A stretch of DNA of 64,000 nt from Patescibacteria group bacterium. GTDB lineage: Bacteria; Patescibacteriota; Microgenomatia; Curtissbacterales; GWA2-41-24. The stretch is from NCBI GenBank assembly GCA_038063735.1, contig JBBTUN010000009.1, forward strand, positions 12,491 through 76,490. The letters are read 5' to 3'. Positions 9,069 to 18,030 of this stretch are shown here, piece by piece. Both the position numbers and the translations under genes were made by a program. Below the pieces are notes generated by a model that was given only the letters and a program-made list of their open reading frames with translations, was not told the DNA's origin and ran no database searches. The stretch's first letter is position 1. Every line of letters starts with the position of its first letter.

Positions 9069-9437
9069 ATGTCCCGTTTTTTGCCTTTGGTGTTTTTGGT
9101 TTCTATATTTTCACTTTTTGGAATTGTCTGGATTATTTGGGACGTTGACCCAACTAACGCACCTTTATACGTATTTGCTATTTTGACGCTTCTGGTGACA
9201 CTGGCTGTGTGGGGATTTTTGGGACTTTCCCTGTATTTTATAAGGACAAGGTTTTACAGGCGATTTTCTAAAAACTGGTATATATACACTTCGTTTAAGA
9301 TGGCTTTTTTTGTAGCTTTGTTTGCCGGGCTGGCCTGCGGACTTACGGTCATCAAGCTGATATCAATTTTTAATCTGATGCTGGCGATTTTGGCGGTTGG
9401 ATTATTTGCTACCTGGAGTTTTTTGGGGAAGAAATAG
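9069..9437 (+). CDS. Four-TM hypothetical membrane protein
   Basis: Hydrophobic ORF; ATG 9069 lies 6 nt after TACAAT (leaderless-type start). Confidence 0.75.
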   Translation: MSRFLPLVFLVSIFSLFGIVWIIWDVDPTNAPLYVFAILTLLVTLAVWGFLGLSLYFIRTRFYRRFSKNWYIYTSFKMAFFVALFAGLACGLTVIKLISIFNLMLAILAVGLFATWSFLGKK

Positions 9438-9477
9438 AAGTTACAAGTTCTAAGTTATAAGTCGCAAGTTAAATTTA

Positions 9478-9957
9478 TCACTTATCACTTAAAATAATTA
9501 TCCCTTCGCGCCAGCCGCCCGGGTCTTTAATGTTTTTGGCGTCTTTGGTGATGATGTGAGTTGTTATTGCAATTGCCTTGTTTTTGTAGTCTGTCGGGAT
9601 TTGCCAGTTTAATTTGTAAGGAGCTTGAGTTACCTCGCCTATCATATTCCATTTGCCATCCGCATATGTTTTTGCCCAAAACTCTACTTTTTGGGCATTT
9701 TGAGGTTCATCTACCGAAAGCTCTATAGGCAGACTATCTGTTTTTACGATATCTCCAGCAGCAGGGCTTATTATTCTTCCACCCTGGGAAATAGTCTGCT
9801 CGTTTATTCCGCCCGAAGATTTTTGGGTGAGGAGTGGTCTAATTATTAAAAAAATAATAATTAGCGCAAAAATAACCAGAGCTACAGCTCCAATTGGGTT
9901 TATTGGCCATCCTTTTTCTCCTTTTTCGACCGGACCGCGTTTCTCTCCTTCTGGCAT
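9478..9957 (-). CDS. Membrane-anchored Ig-like domain protein
   Basis: TM followed by IISP..G...KVEFWA...IGE...PY...W, a bacterial Ig-like pattern. Confidence 0.7.
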   Translation of the reverse strand: MPEGEKRGPVEKGEKGWPINPIGAVALVIFALIIIFLIIRPLLTQKSSGGINEQTISQGGRIISPAAGDIVKTDSLPIELSVDEPQNAQKVEFWAKTYADGKWNMIGEVTQAPYKLNWQIPTDYKNKAIAITTHIITKDAKNIKDPGGWREGIIILSDK

Positions 9958-10140
9958 ATGAAGCCTATTATATCAAGACTTTGACAGACGCGTAATTGGT
10001 GCTTGTGTTTGCGGCTCTACCCGATAGATAAATTTTGATAATTCAGAAGCTCTGGGTATCAAAATCAGTTCACTATTCAATGAGCCGATTTTGATATAGA
10101 ATACAGGAGTTTTCTAATTTAATTATCTTCCACAAATTAC

Positions 10141-12549
10141 ATGAGAAAAGGACTATTGAAGCTGCCCCTTAAAATTTTGGATTTTATTGTGGGCATTTTA
10201 ACCTGGTTCATCCGTTTAGTTAGCTTTATGGGTGATGTCACGATCTGGATAATAAAGCAGTTTTTAAAGACAATATTCACCGTCCTTGCCAAGGCCCATC
10301 TTGATCTTGTTAAAACCGGTCCTGCCCATTTCTTTAGAAAAATTCTTCATAACCCTATTATCTATTACGAGAGAAGTTTTAAGGTTGGCCTTTTGACCAT
10401 ATTTTTGGGTCTGGTTGCCATGTGGTTTTTTACAAAAGATTTGCCCTCTCCCAAACAACTATCTACAAAACCACTCGCGCAAACTACAAAAATTTACGAC
10501 CGGAATGAAGTACTGTTATATAACGTATATACGGATGAGAATAGAACTTTGGTACCACTAGGTGAGATTCCAGAAAACTTAAAGCATGCAACTATTGCAA
10601 TTGAAGATAAGGATTTTTATAAGCACAAGGGTTTTGATATTTACGGAATTGTGCGGGCGTTTAGCAAAATAGTTCTTAAGCAAGAAGTGCAGGGCGGCTC
10701 AACGATTACTCAGCAGCTTGTTAAAAGTGTATTTTTGTCTCCGGAACGAACCTTAACGCGAAAAGCCAAAGAGCTTTATCTGGCATTTCGCGTTGAAATG
10801 GCCTTCCCAAAGGATAAGATTTTGGAAATGTACTTAAACCAAGTGCCTTATGGCGGGACTGCCTTTGGCGTAGAAGCGGCTTCCGAGCAGTACTTTGGGA
10901 AAAAAGTACAAGATTTAACTCTTTCCGAATCAGCGCTTTTGGCCGGTCTTCCTCAGGCACCAAGCTACTATTCCCCTTTCGGACAAGACCAGGGCAGGGC
11001 TAAGAGTAGACAAAGGCTGGTCTTAAATAGAATGGTGCAGGATGGGTATATAAGTCGCGAACAAGCGCAGGAGGCAGATGATGCGCCCCTTAATTTTAAG
11101 TCTTCTATCGTTGATATACGCGCGCCTCATTTTGTGACATACGTTCGGGAATATCTGGCAGAAAAATACGGTGAAGCTTATGCTGCCCAGGGCGGTCTGA
11201 AGGTAAAAACTACACTTGATGTGGATCTGCAGAACAAGGCGCAAAAAATAGTTGCCGATAATATTGATAAGTTAAAAGCATATAACGTGGGTAATGGCGC
11301 AGCACTGGTTACAAAACCCGGGACAGGAGAAATTTTGGCAATGGTTGGATCCCGGGATTTTTTTGATATAGAGCATGACGGTAACGTAAATGTGACAACG
11401 GCGCTTAGGCAACCAGGTTCTTCCATAAAACCAATAAACTATGCTACCGCCTTTGAGCATAAGTTAATAACTCCGGCGACAATTATTATGGATATTCCAA
11501 CAACATTTCCCGGAACACCGCAGTATAAGCCGGTAAATTATGACGGACGCTTTCATGGCCCTGTTGCCGTTAGAAATGCCCTTGCAAGTTCTTACAACAT
11601 TCCTGCTGTTAAGGTGCTGGCTCTCAATGGGGTCGGGGAAATGATAAAGCAGGCACGCGAGATGGGAATTAATTCGTTTACGGATGAATCGCGTTACGGG
11701 CTTTCTTTAACTCTTGGAGGCGGCGAAGTTAAAATGACAGAGCTTTCCACAGCTTTTGGTGTTTTTGCAAATAGCGGCGAGCGGGTTGACCTAAACCCTA
11801 TCCTAAAAATCGAGGACTCCAAAGGAAGAGTTTTGGAGGAGTTTAAACCAAGAACGGCAAAGAAGGTTCTCTCTCCGGCAGCATCGTATTTAATCTCTTC
11901 CATTTTAAGCGACAATGGTGCAAGGTCAGCCGCTTTTGGGGCCACGAGTCAACTTGTTGTTAAGGGGAAAACCGTTGCCGTTAAAACAGGGACAACAGAC
12001 GATAAACGAGACAACTGGACTGTTGGTTACACTCCAACTTATTTAGTTGCCACTTGGGTTGGCAATAATGACAATAAACCAATGAATCCGGCCATAACTT
12101 CCGGTGTTACGGGAGCTGCCCCGATATGGAATCAAATAATGACCGAGGTGCTTCACGACAAAGTTAATGAGTCGTTTAGACAGCTCTCTAGCGTTAAAGC
12201 TACCCAAATTTGTTCCACAACTGGTGGGCCGCAAAGAGAGGGTTGTGCAAATAGAGTGGAATATTTTATTGCAGGGACGGAACCCACCAAAGACACTTTT
12301 GTTAAGGCTAAAGTTTGGATTGATAATACAACAGGGCAGGTCGTGGAGCCAAATTCACCTAACGCTTCGGAGCAGGAGCAAATAATTTTGGAGGATCAGT
12401 TTAGCAAAAAACAGTATTGCGTTTCTTGCCCGCAGGTTTACCCATCACCCAACCCATCGCCGTCCCCAGCGCCAAACCAGCCCGCAACGACTACTGTTAC
12501 CAATGGTAGTGGGCAGAATAATAATCAAACGATTAATCTTAGTTTTTAG
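10141..12549 (+). CDS. Class A penicillin-binding protein (PBP1A family)
   Basis: Transglycosylase EDKDFYKH and GGSTITQQLVK; transpeptidase QPGSSIKP (SxxK), SYN and KTGT. Confidence 0.95.
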   Translation: MRKGLLKLPLKILDFIVGILTWFIRLVSFMGDVTIWIIKQFLKTIFTVLAKAHLDLVKTGPAHFFRKILHNPIIYYERSFKVGLLTIFLGLVAMWFFTKDLPSPKQLSTKPLAQTTKIYDRNEVLLYNVYTDENRTLVPLGEIPENLKHATIAIEDKDFYKHKGFDIYGIVRAFSKIVLKQEVQGGSTITQQLVKSVFLSPERTLTRKAKELYLAFRVEMAFPKDKILEMYLNQVPYGGTAFGVEAASEQYFGKKVQDLTLSESALLAGLPQAPSYYSPFGQDQGRAKSRQRLVLNRMVQDGYISREQAQEADDAPLNFKSSIVDIRAPHFVTYVREYLAEKYGEAYAAQGGLKVKTTLDVDLQNKAQKIVADNIDKLKAYNVGNGAALVTKPGTGEILAMVGSRDFFDIEHDGNVNVTTALRQPGSSIKPINYATAFEHKLITPATIIMDIPTTFPGTPQYKPVNYDGRFHGPVAVRNALASSYNIPAVKVLALNGVGEMIKQAREMGINSFTDESRYGLSLTLGGGEVKMTELSTAFGVFANSGERVDLNPILKIEDSKGRVLEEFKPRTAKKVLSPAASYLISSILSDNGARSAAFGATSQLVVKGKTVAVKTGTTDDKRDNWTVGYTPTYLVATWVGNNDNKPMNPAITSGVTGAAPIWNQIMTEVLHDKVNESFRQLSSVKATQICSTTGGPQREGCANRVEYFIAGTEPTKDTFVKAKVWIDNTTGQVVEPNSPNASEQEQIILEDQFSKKQYCVSCPQVYPSPNPSPSPAPNQPATTTVTNGSGQNNNQTINLSF

Positions 12550-13160
12550 TTGAGAAATTGAAAAGTGGAGAGGATTTGGTCAAACATAGAATAAGATTCT
12601 TGGTCTTCTTTTGGACGAATATCTATTCTCACAACATTAGATTTATCGTCGGTATAAATCCAATAATAAACAGTAGAGCTGTTTGCTCGATTAACATAAT
12701 AAGCAGGGAGTCCAGCGACCGTAGTTATCTTTAAGTCGCTACCCCCGACGACTTGAGCTTCAGAAAGGTCTTTCCCCCTTGCAAGAATGGCAAGCGATTT
12801 AGGATAGGGATCGATAATTGATCCTGCGGGCAAGGTTAGCTTATTACCTATGTAAAAAACTACACCTCCAGGGATTTCATCAATTTTTACCTCACTAGGA
12901 TATTTTATGCTAAACATAATTTGATCAGATTTATACGTTTTCCAATTTGCAGTTTCATCCTTCGCTGAAGCTTCGGTTGACAAGTCATCTTTCGGTGATT
13001 GTTTGGGTGACGGTGATGGTATTGGTGAGACTTGGGCGGGTGGAGTTGGTTGTGGAGGTTTGAGCAGATATTTTGAATTGATGTAAAAGATAAGGGCAAA
13101 AGAAAGCGTAATTACGGCGAGGATAATAACTGCGGTTGGGTGATAAAAACCTTTTTTCAT
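12546..13160 (-). CDS. Exported hypothetical protein with pilin-like N-terminus and PsbP-like domain
   Basis: KKGF plus TM, Pro-rich linker, WKTY...FSIKYP...FDQILSTFQF pattern. Confidence 0.7.
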   Translation of the reverse strand: MKKGFYHPTAVIILAVITLSFALIFYINSKYLLKPPQPTPPAQVSPIPSPSPKQSPKDDLSTEASAKDETANWKTYKSDQIMFSIKYPSEVKIDEIPGGVVFYIGNKLTLPAGSIIDPYPKSLAILARGKDLSEAQVVGGSDLKITTVAGLPAYYVNRANSSTVYYWIYTDDKSNVVRIDIRPKEDQESYSMFDQILSTFQFLN

Positions 13161-13162
13161 TC

Positions 13163-13951
13163 TTAATTGAACTTTTCGATGCCGATTAAATCTATAGAGG
13201 CGAATATGTCTTTAATTATTTTTTCATTTTCCTTATAAGGGGCATTAATTTTTGCGGAAATTGAAAACCCTTGATCTTGATAAATGGTAGAGGCACCAAT
13301 GCTTTCTGAATTGTCAGTCTCTGTTAAGTAGCACGCATTTATACTTTGAGTCTTTATTTGAATCTTGGACCAATTTTCACATCCTCCACCTAGACCCGAT
13401 CCGTATAAAACTTCTAATGTTCCTTCTGGGCCACCAAAAAAGAATTTTCTGTAAAAAGGATCAGAAAAAGTTGAAGTTTGTTTCCACTTTGGCGGAAGCA
13501 TTAATGTGAAGGTTTTTTGTGGGTTTGTGAATGAAATCCAATTTGTTGTTTTGCTAATTTTGTCTATGGTATTTTCACTTTGCTCAACTTTTACTCGATA
13601 AGGGATAGGCACAATTTCTTTTAAACTTACGTTTCCTAATGAAGATACAAAGTAGGTATTTTTTGTACTTTTGTCAGCGCAAATAAGGTAAAGGGTTACT
13701 TCTTCCCCGAAAGCTGGTGACAAACCTAGTCGCTGGGACAAAGAAGGTAATCTCATCATTGTGTCTCCTGTTTCGCTTGAATATTCTTCTCGATTTAATT
13801 CGCGACATGATTTATCCAGGGAACTTAGAACCTTATCTCTTGCAAATGATTGGCTTATCCAGGGAGCTTGAGCTATGACATAAATTGATAGGGAAATAAG
13901 AAAAGAGATAACTACAACTATTACAGTTGCGAATCCTTTGTGGGCAGGCAT
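13163..13951 (-). CDS. Exported hypothetical protein with pilin-like N-terminus
   Basis: HKGF plus TM; C-terminal W..F.N....F....P..W...I..I..SI PsbP-like pattern. Confidence 0.7.
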   Translation of the reverse strand: MPAHKGFATVIVVVISFLISLSIYVIAQAPWISQSFARDKVLSSLDKSCRELNREEYSSETGDTMMRLPSLSQRLGLSPAFGEEVTLYLICADKSTKNTYFVSSLGNVSLKEIVPIPYRVKVEQSENTIDKISKTTNWISFTNPQKTFTLMLPPKWKQTSTFSDPFYRKFFFGGPEGTLEVLYGSGLGGGCENWSKIQIKTQSINACYLTETDNSESIGASTIYQDQGFSISAKINAPYKENEKIIKDIFASIDLIGIEKFN

Positions 13952-14081
13952 ATAACTATTAAGGCATGTTGAGGACAGAGAGTCAAAAATTTAGAGAGTT
14001 GGAGAAACAAAGAGTCAGAGAGTGATAGTTGGTGAGTTGGATTTTAGGTGGTAGATGATAGATGATAGAGATTGAGGATCT

Positions 14082-14144
14082 TATTGTTCGACCTTGTGGA
14101 GAACTTCTCTAAATTTGAAACTTCTCGACTACGCTCGAAGAATA
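14082..14144. repeat. Pair of inverted REP-like palindromic units upstream of metG
   Basis: TATTGTTCGACCTTGTGGAGAACTTC ... GAAACTTCTCGACTACGCTCGAAGAATA; related to 8974-9045. Confidence 0.7.
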
Positions 14145-14155
14145 CAATATAATTC

Positions 14156-15586
14156 ATGGCTATGAACAAACGTGTTTACATTGCCCAGGCTATTCCTTAT
14201 GTTAACGCGGCCCCACATGTGGGGCATGCGCTGGAATACGTGCAGGCCGATTGTTTGGCGCGGTTTTGGCGAGCGAGCGGATATGAAACTTTTTATTCGG
14301 ACGGGGCGGATGAAAATTCATTGAAAAATGTGCAGGCTGCGGAAAAGGAGGGTGTTCCCGTTCAAAAGTTAGTGGATAAATATGCAAAGACTTTTTCGGA
14401 TTTAAAAGAAGTTTTAAATTTGACCTTCGATGTTTTTAATAGGACATCGTCACCAAATCACTTTAAAGGCGCGCAGAAACTTTGGAGTCTTTGTAAAAAA
14501 GAGGATATATACAAAAAGAAATATCATGGACTATATTGTGTCGGTTGTGAACAGTTTTATACTCCGAGTGAGCTGATTGATGGCAAATGCCCGGAACATT
14601 TGAGTGTACCAGAGGAAGTTGAGGAGGAAAATTATTTTTTTAAACTTTCCAACTACCAAAAGTTTTTGGAGGATTTGATTGAAGGCGATAAATTAAAAAT
14701 TGTTCCTCAGGCAAAAAAGAACGAGATTACTTCCTTTATAAAAAGTGGCCTTGAGGATTTTAGTATTTCCAGATCTCGCGAGCGAGCTCGCGGTTGGGGT
14801 GTACCGGTTCCCAACGATAATAGTCAGGTGCTTTATGTTTGGTTTGACGCGCTGGTTACATACCTAACTGCTTTAGGGTTCGGATCAAAAGATGAGGGTT
14901 TGTATAAAAAATATTGGCTCGAAAATAAACAAATAATTCAAGTACTGGGCAAAGGCATCAACAGGTTTCATACAATTTATTGGCCGGCAATGCTGGCTTC
15001 TGCAGGACTCCCCTTGCCAACGGAAGTTTTTGTGCATGGCTATATTACAGTGGACGGGCAAAAAATTTCTAAATCACTGGGAAATTCGATTGACCCTTTA
15101 GATTTGGTTAATAAGTATGGATCTGAGGTAATACGTTACTTTTTGCTTCGCGAAATACCTGCTTGGGGAGATGGCGACTTTTCCGAAAGACGCTTAAAGG
15201 AGCTTTATAATGGCGAACTTGCTAATGGCTTAGGTAATCTGGTTGCCCGCGTTGCAAGACTTGCTGCTGATACAAAGTTAAATTTGCCGGAAAAGAAAAA
15301 TTACACTTTTAAGAAAGAAGTATCAGATTCTCTGAAAAACTTTAGATTCGACCAGGCAATTTTTTCTATTTGGGAAGAAATTTCTAAACTCGACAAATTA
15401 ATTAATGAACAAAAGCCCTGGGAACTAGAAAGCGCGGATCTAAAACGAGTGATCTCACCAATTGCGGTACAGATTCGGGAGATTGCTTTTAATTTGTCTC
15501 CTTTTATGCCAGAGACATCTGCAAAAATTCTGGCACAATTTACCGGTAATGTTGACCAGGGAAAGCCCTTGTTCCCTCGAATATAA
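14156..15586 (+). CDS. metG: Methionine--tRNA ligase (short form, no C-terminal dimerization domain)
   Basis: PYVN..PHVGH, CVGCEQ..CPEH knuckle, YVWFDAL and KISKS. Confidence 0.96.
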   Translation: MAMNKRVYIAQAIPYVNAAPHVGHALEYVQADCLARFWRASGYETFYSDGADENSLKNVQAAEKEGVPVQKLVDKYAKTFSDLKEVLNLTFDVFNRTSSPNHFKGAQKLWSLCKKEDIYKKKYHGLYCVGCEQFYTPSELIDGKCPEHLSVPEEVEEENYFFKLSNYQKFLEDLIEGDKLKIVPQAKKNEITSFIKSGLEDFSISRSRERARGWGVPVPNDNSQVLYVWFDALVTYLTALGFGSKDEGLYKKYWLENKQIIQVLGKGINRFHTIYWPAMLASAGLPLPTEVFVHGYITVDGQKISKSLGNSIDPLDLVNKYGSEVIRYFLLREIPAWGDGDFSERRLKELYNGELANGLGNLVARVARLAADTKLNLPEKKNYTFKKEVSDSLKNFRFDQAIFSIWEEISKLDKLINEQKPWELESADLKRVISPIAVQIREIAFNLSPFMPETSAKILAQFTGNVDQGKPLFPRI

Positions 15587-16393
15587 ATGTTAGTCGATAC
15601 TCACGCTCACCTTGATGCCTTAGAAAATTTGGAAGAAGTAATTGCGCACGCAAAAGCGGCGGGTGTTTCCAAAATTATCACGATTGGAACAAATATAGAA
15701 TCCAGTAAAAAAGCTATTGATATTGCGGAAAAATATTCAAATGACGACATTAAAATTTATGCGACAGTTGGAACACATCCATATGACGGCAGAGACGAAA
15801 TTGCCCAGCTGGGAATAGAAAAATGCTTAGCACCTATTAAGAGCCTGGCCGGATCTTCTAAAAAAATTGTTGGTGTCGGAGAAGCTGGGCTGGATTACTA
15901 TTTTACAACTGACAAAAAAATAGAGAAAACAACCGAGCAAGAAAAGAGTGTGCAAAGGAAGTTATTTGAGGCGCAAATTAAGCTTGCAAATGCAGTCGGT
16001 TTGCCTCTGGTTATACACTGTCGAGGTGGCTGGGACGAGATCTTTGACCTGCTTGGCAAAACGGGTTTGGAAAAGGGAGTTTTTCATTCATTTACAGGTA
16101 GTGTCGCTGATGCTCAAGCTGCTTGTGCTTTGGGTTTTTATGTTTCGTTTTCGGGAATAGTCACGTTCAAAAATGCAAAAGAAATACAAGAGGCGGGCAA
16201 AGTCGTTCCCAGCGACAAAATATTAGTCGAGACAGATTGCCCATATTTATCGCCCGAACCTTTTCGGGGACAGAAAAATGAGCCGGCTAATGTTAGAATA
16301 ACAGCTGAATTTCTTGCCGGCATCCGCAGCGCTTCATATAGTGAGTTTGCGCAAGCTTCAATGCAAAATGCACAAAAACTGTTTAACATCTGA
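15587..16393 (+). CDS. tatD: TatD family nuclease
   Basis: DTHAH, GEAGLDY, HCR, HSF and ETDCPYL; adjacent to metG. Confidence 0.95.
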   Translation: MLVDTHAHLDALENLEEVIAHAKAAGVSKIITIGTNIESSKKAIDIAEKYSNDDIKIYATVGTHPYDGRDEIAQLGIEKCLAPIKSLAGSSKKIVGVGEAGLDYYFTTDKKIEKTTEQEKSVQRKLFEAQIKLANAVGLPLVIHCRGGWDEIFDLLGKTGLEKGVFHSFTGSVADAQAACALGFYVSFSGIVTFKNAKEIQEAGKVVPSDKILVETDCPYLSPEPFRGQKNEPANVRITAEFLAGIRSASYSEFAQASMQNAQKLFNI

Positions 16394-16455
16394 ATATTGG
16401 TTATTTTATGACTATAGGGTATAATTAAGCTCTAGATATTTTTCGAGATAGATGT

Positions 16456-17946
16456 ATGGTCAAAAGATTAGTTGAAAAATACGACAAACAGGTTCACAGA
16501 TTCCTGGAAATATTACCAGGCACGTTTTCGTGGACTTTGATACTGTTCCCTTTTTGGGGTTCTTTCTGGATCCCTCACTATGTTGCCTACTTTATTATAA
16601 TTTTTATAGTTTTTTGGTTTTATAAATCAGCATCATTGGCAATAACCTCTATTATTTCGCATCTTAAGCTTAGAGCATCGGAAAAATACGACTGGCTGAG
16701 TGACGCAAAAACGCTCTCCAATTACAAGAAGCTTCACCACTTAATAATTGTTCCAACATACAAGGAACCATTGCATACAATTGAGGCCGGAATTAAGTCG
16801 ATTGCAAAGCAGGATATTGATAAAAAACAAATATCGGTGTGTGTTGGATTTGAGGCACGGGAAGGCAAAGATGCCCGGGAAAAAGCAGCGGTAATTGAAA
16901 AAGAGTTTAAAGGCGTTTTTGCTAACCTTATTGTTTCATTTCACCCAGACATAGAGCGCGAAGTTAAAGGCAAGTCCTCAAATCAAGCATATGCCGTAAA
17001 AGTTGCCAAGAAAAAATTAATAGGCGTGCAAAGGCGCGATATCAACTTTATCACTGTAACTTCAAAAGACGCTGACGGGATACTAAGCGAGAAGTATTTA
17101 GCCTGTCTTTCGTATAAATTTCTTACCCAGGAAAACAGACATTTATTATTTTGGCAGCCAATTGTACTTTTTTACTCCAACATTTGGAAAGTGCCGGCAC
17201 CCATTCGTGTTATCAGCTCCCTTTCCTCCGTATGGCAAACAGGTCTTAACTCCAGAACTGACAGATTGGTTAATTACTCTATGTATTCCGTTTCTATGAA
17301 GCTTTTGGACGATGTTGGCTATTGGGACGTGGATGTTATCCCAGAGGACTATCGAATATTTTTCAAAACATATTTTGCAAAAGATGGAAAGGTGGACGTT
17401 GATCCGGTATTTTTGCCGGTCTATGCAGATGCTGCAGAGTCCACTGGTTACGTCAAATCTCTTTTTAACCTGTATGAACAGGAAAAAAGATGGGCCTGGG
17501 GAGTTAGCGACGATGCCTATTTTATTAAGAAATGGTTAACTTACACACATATACCTTTTTGGCAAAGGACAATTAGGGTTTTTAAGGTGCTGGAAGATCA
17601 CTTTTTGTGGCCAGTGCATTGGTTTGTTATTACGCTTGGTGCCACAATTCCGGTTCTTTTGAACCCTGCGTTTGCGCAAACCGTGATGGGCCAAAACTTG
17701 CCTAGAATTTCTTTTGGAATACTCACAAGCTGCTGGGTATTTTTGGCAATAGTTCTTTTAATTGATATTAGACAGAGGCCAAAAAGAGAAGGCAAAGTGG
17801 GTATTTTAAAGAAGCTTGTTACGCCTTTTGAATTTATTATGATGCCGGTGGTAACACTAATTTTTACCGCTCTTCCAGGAATTGATGCCCACACGCGTTT
17901 GATGTTGGGTAAATACCTTGAGTACAAGGTCACCGAGAAAGTGTAG
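16456..17946 (+). CDS. Membrane glycosyltransferase family 2
   Basis: PTYKEP, GKSSN, DAD, ED and Q.KRWAWG motifs; flanking TM helices. Confidence 0.88.
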   Translation: MVKRLVEKYDKQVHRFLEILPGTFSWTLILFPFWGSFWIPHYVAYFIIIFIVFWFYKSASLAITSIISHLKLRASEKYDWLSDAKTLSNYKKLHHLIIVPTYKEPLHTIEAGIKSIAKQDIDKKQISVCVGFEAREGKDAREKAAVIEKEFKGVFANLIVSFHPDIEREVKGKSSNQAYAVKVAKKKLIGVQRRDINFITVTSKDADGILSEKYLACLSYKFLTQENRHLLFWQPIVLFYSNIWKVPAPIRVISSLSSVWQTGLNSRTDRLVNYSMYSVSMKLLDDVGYWDVDVIPEDYRIFFKTYFAKDGKVDVDPVFLPVYADAAESTGYVKSLFNLYEQEKRWAWGVSDDAYFIKKWLTYTHIPFWQRTIRVFKVLEDHFLWPVHWFVITLGATIPVLLNPAFAQTVMGQNLPRISFGILTSCWVFLAIVLLIDIRQRPKREGKVGILKKLVTPFEFIMMPVVTLIFTALPGIDAHTRLMLGKYLEYKVTEKV

Positions 17947-18030
17947 TTAGTTCATGGTTTTATGATAGCTCCCTAGATTCCCATTTGCGAATTGTTATCT
18001 AGCATTGTTTGTGACTATACTAACTAGCAG

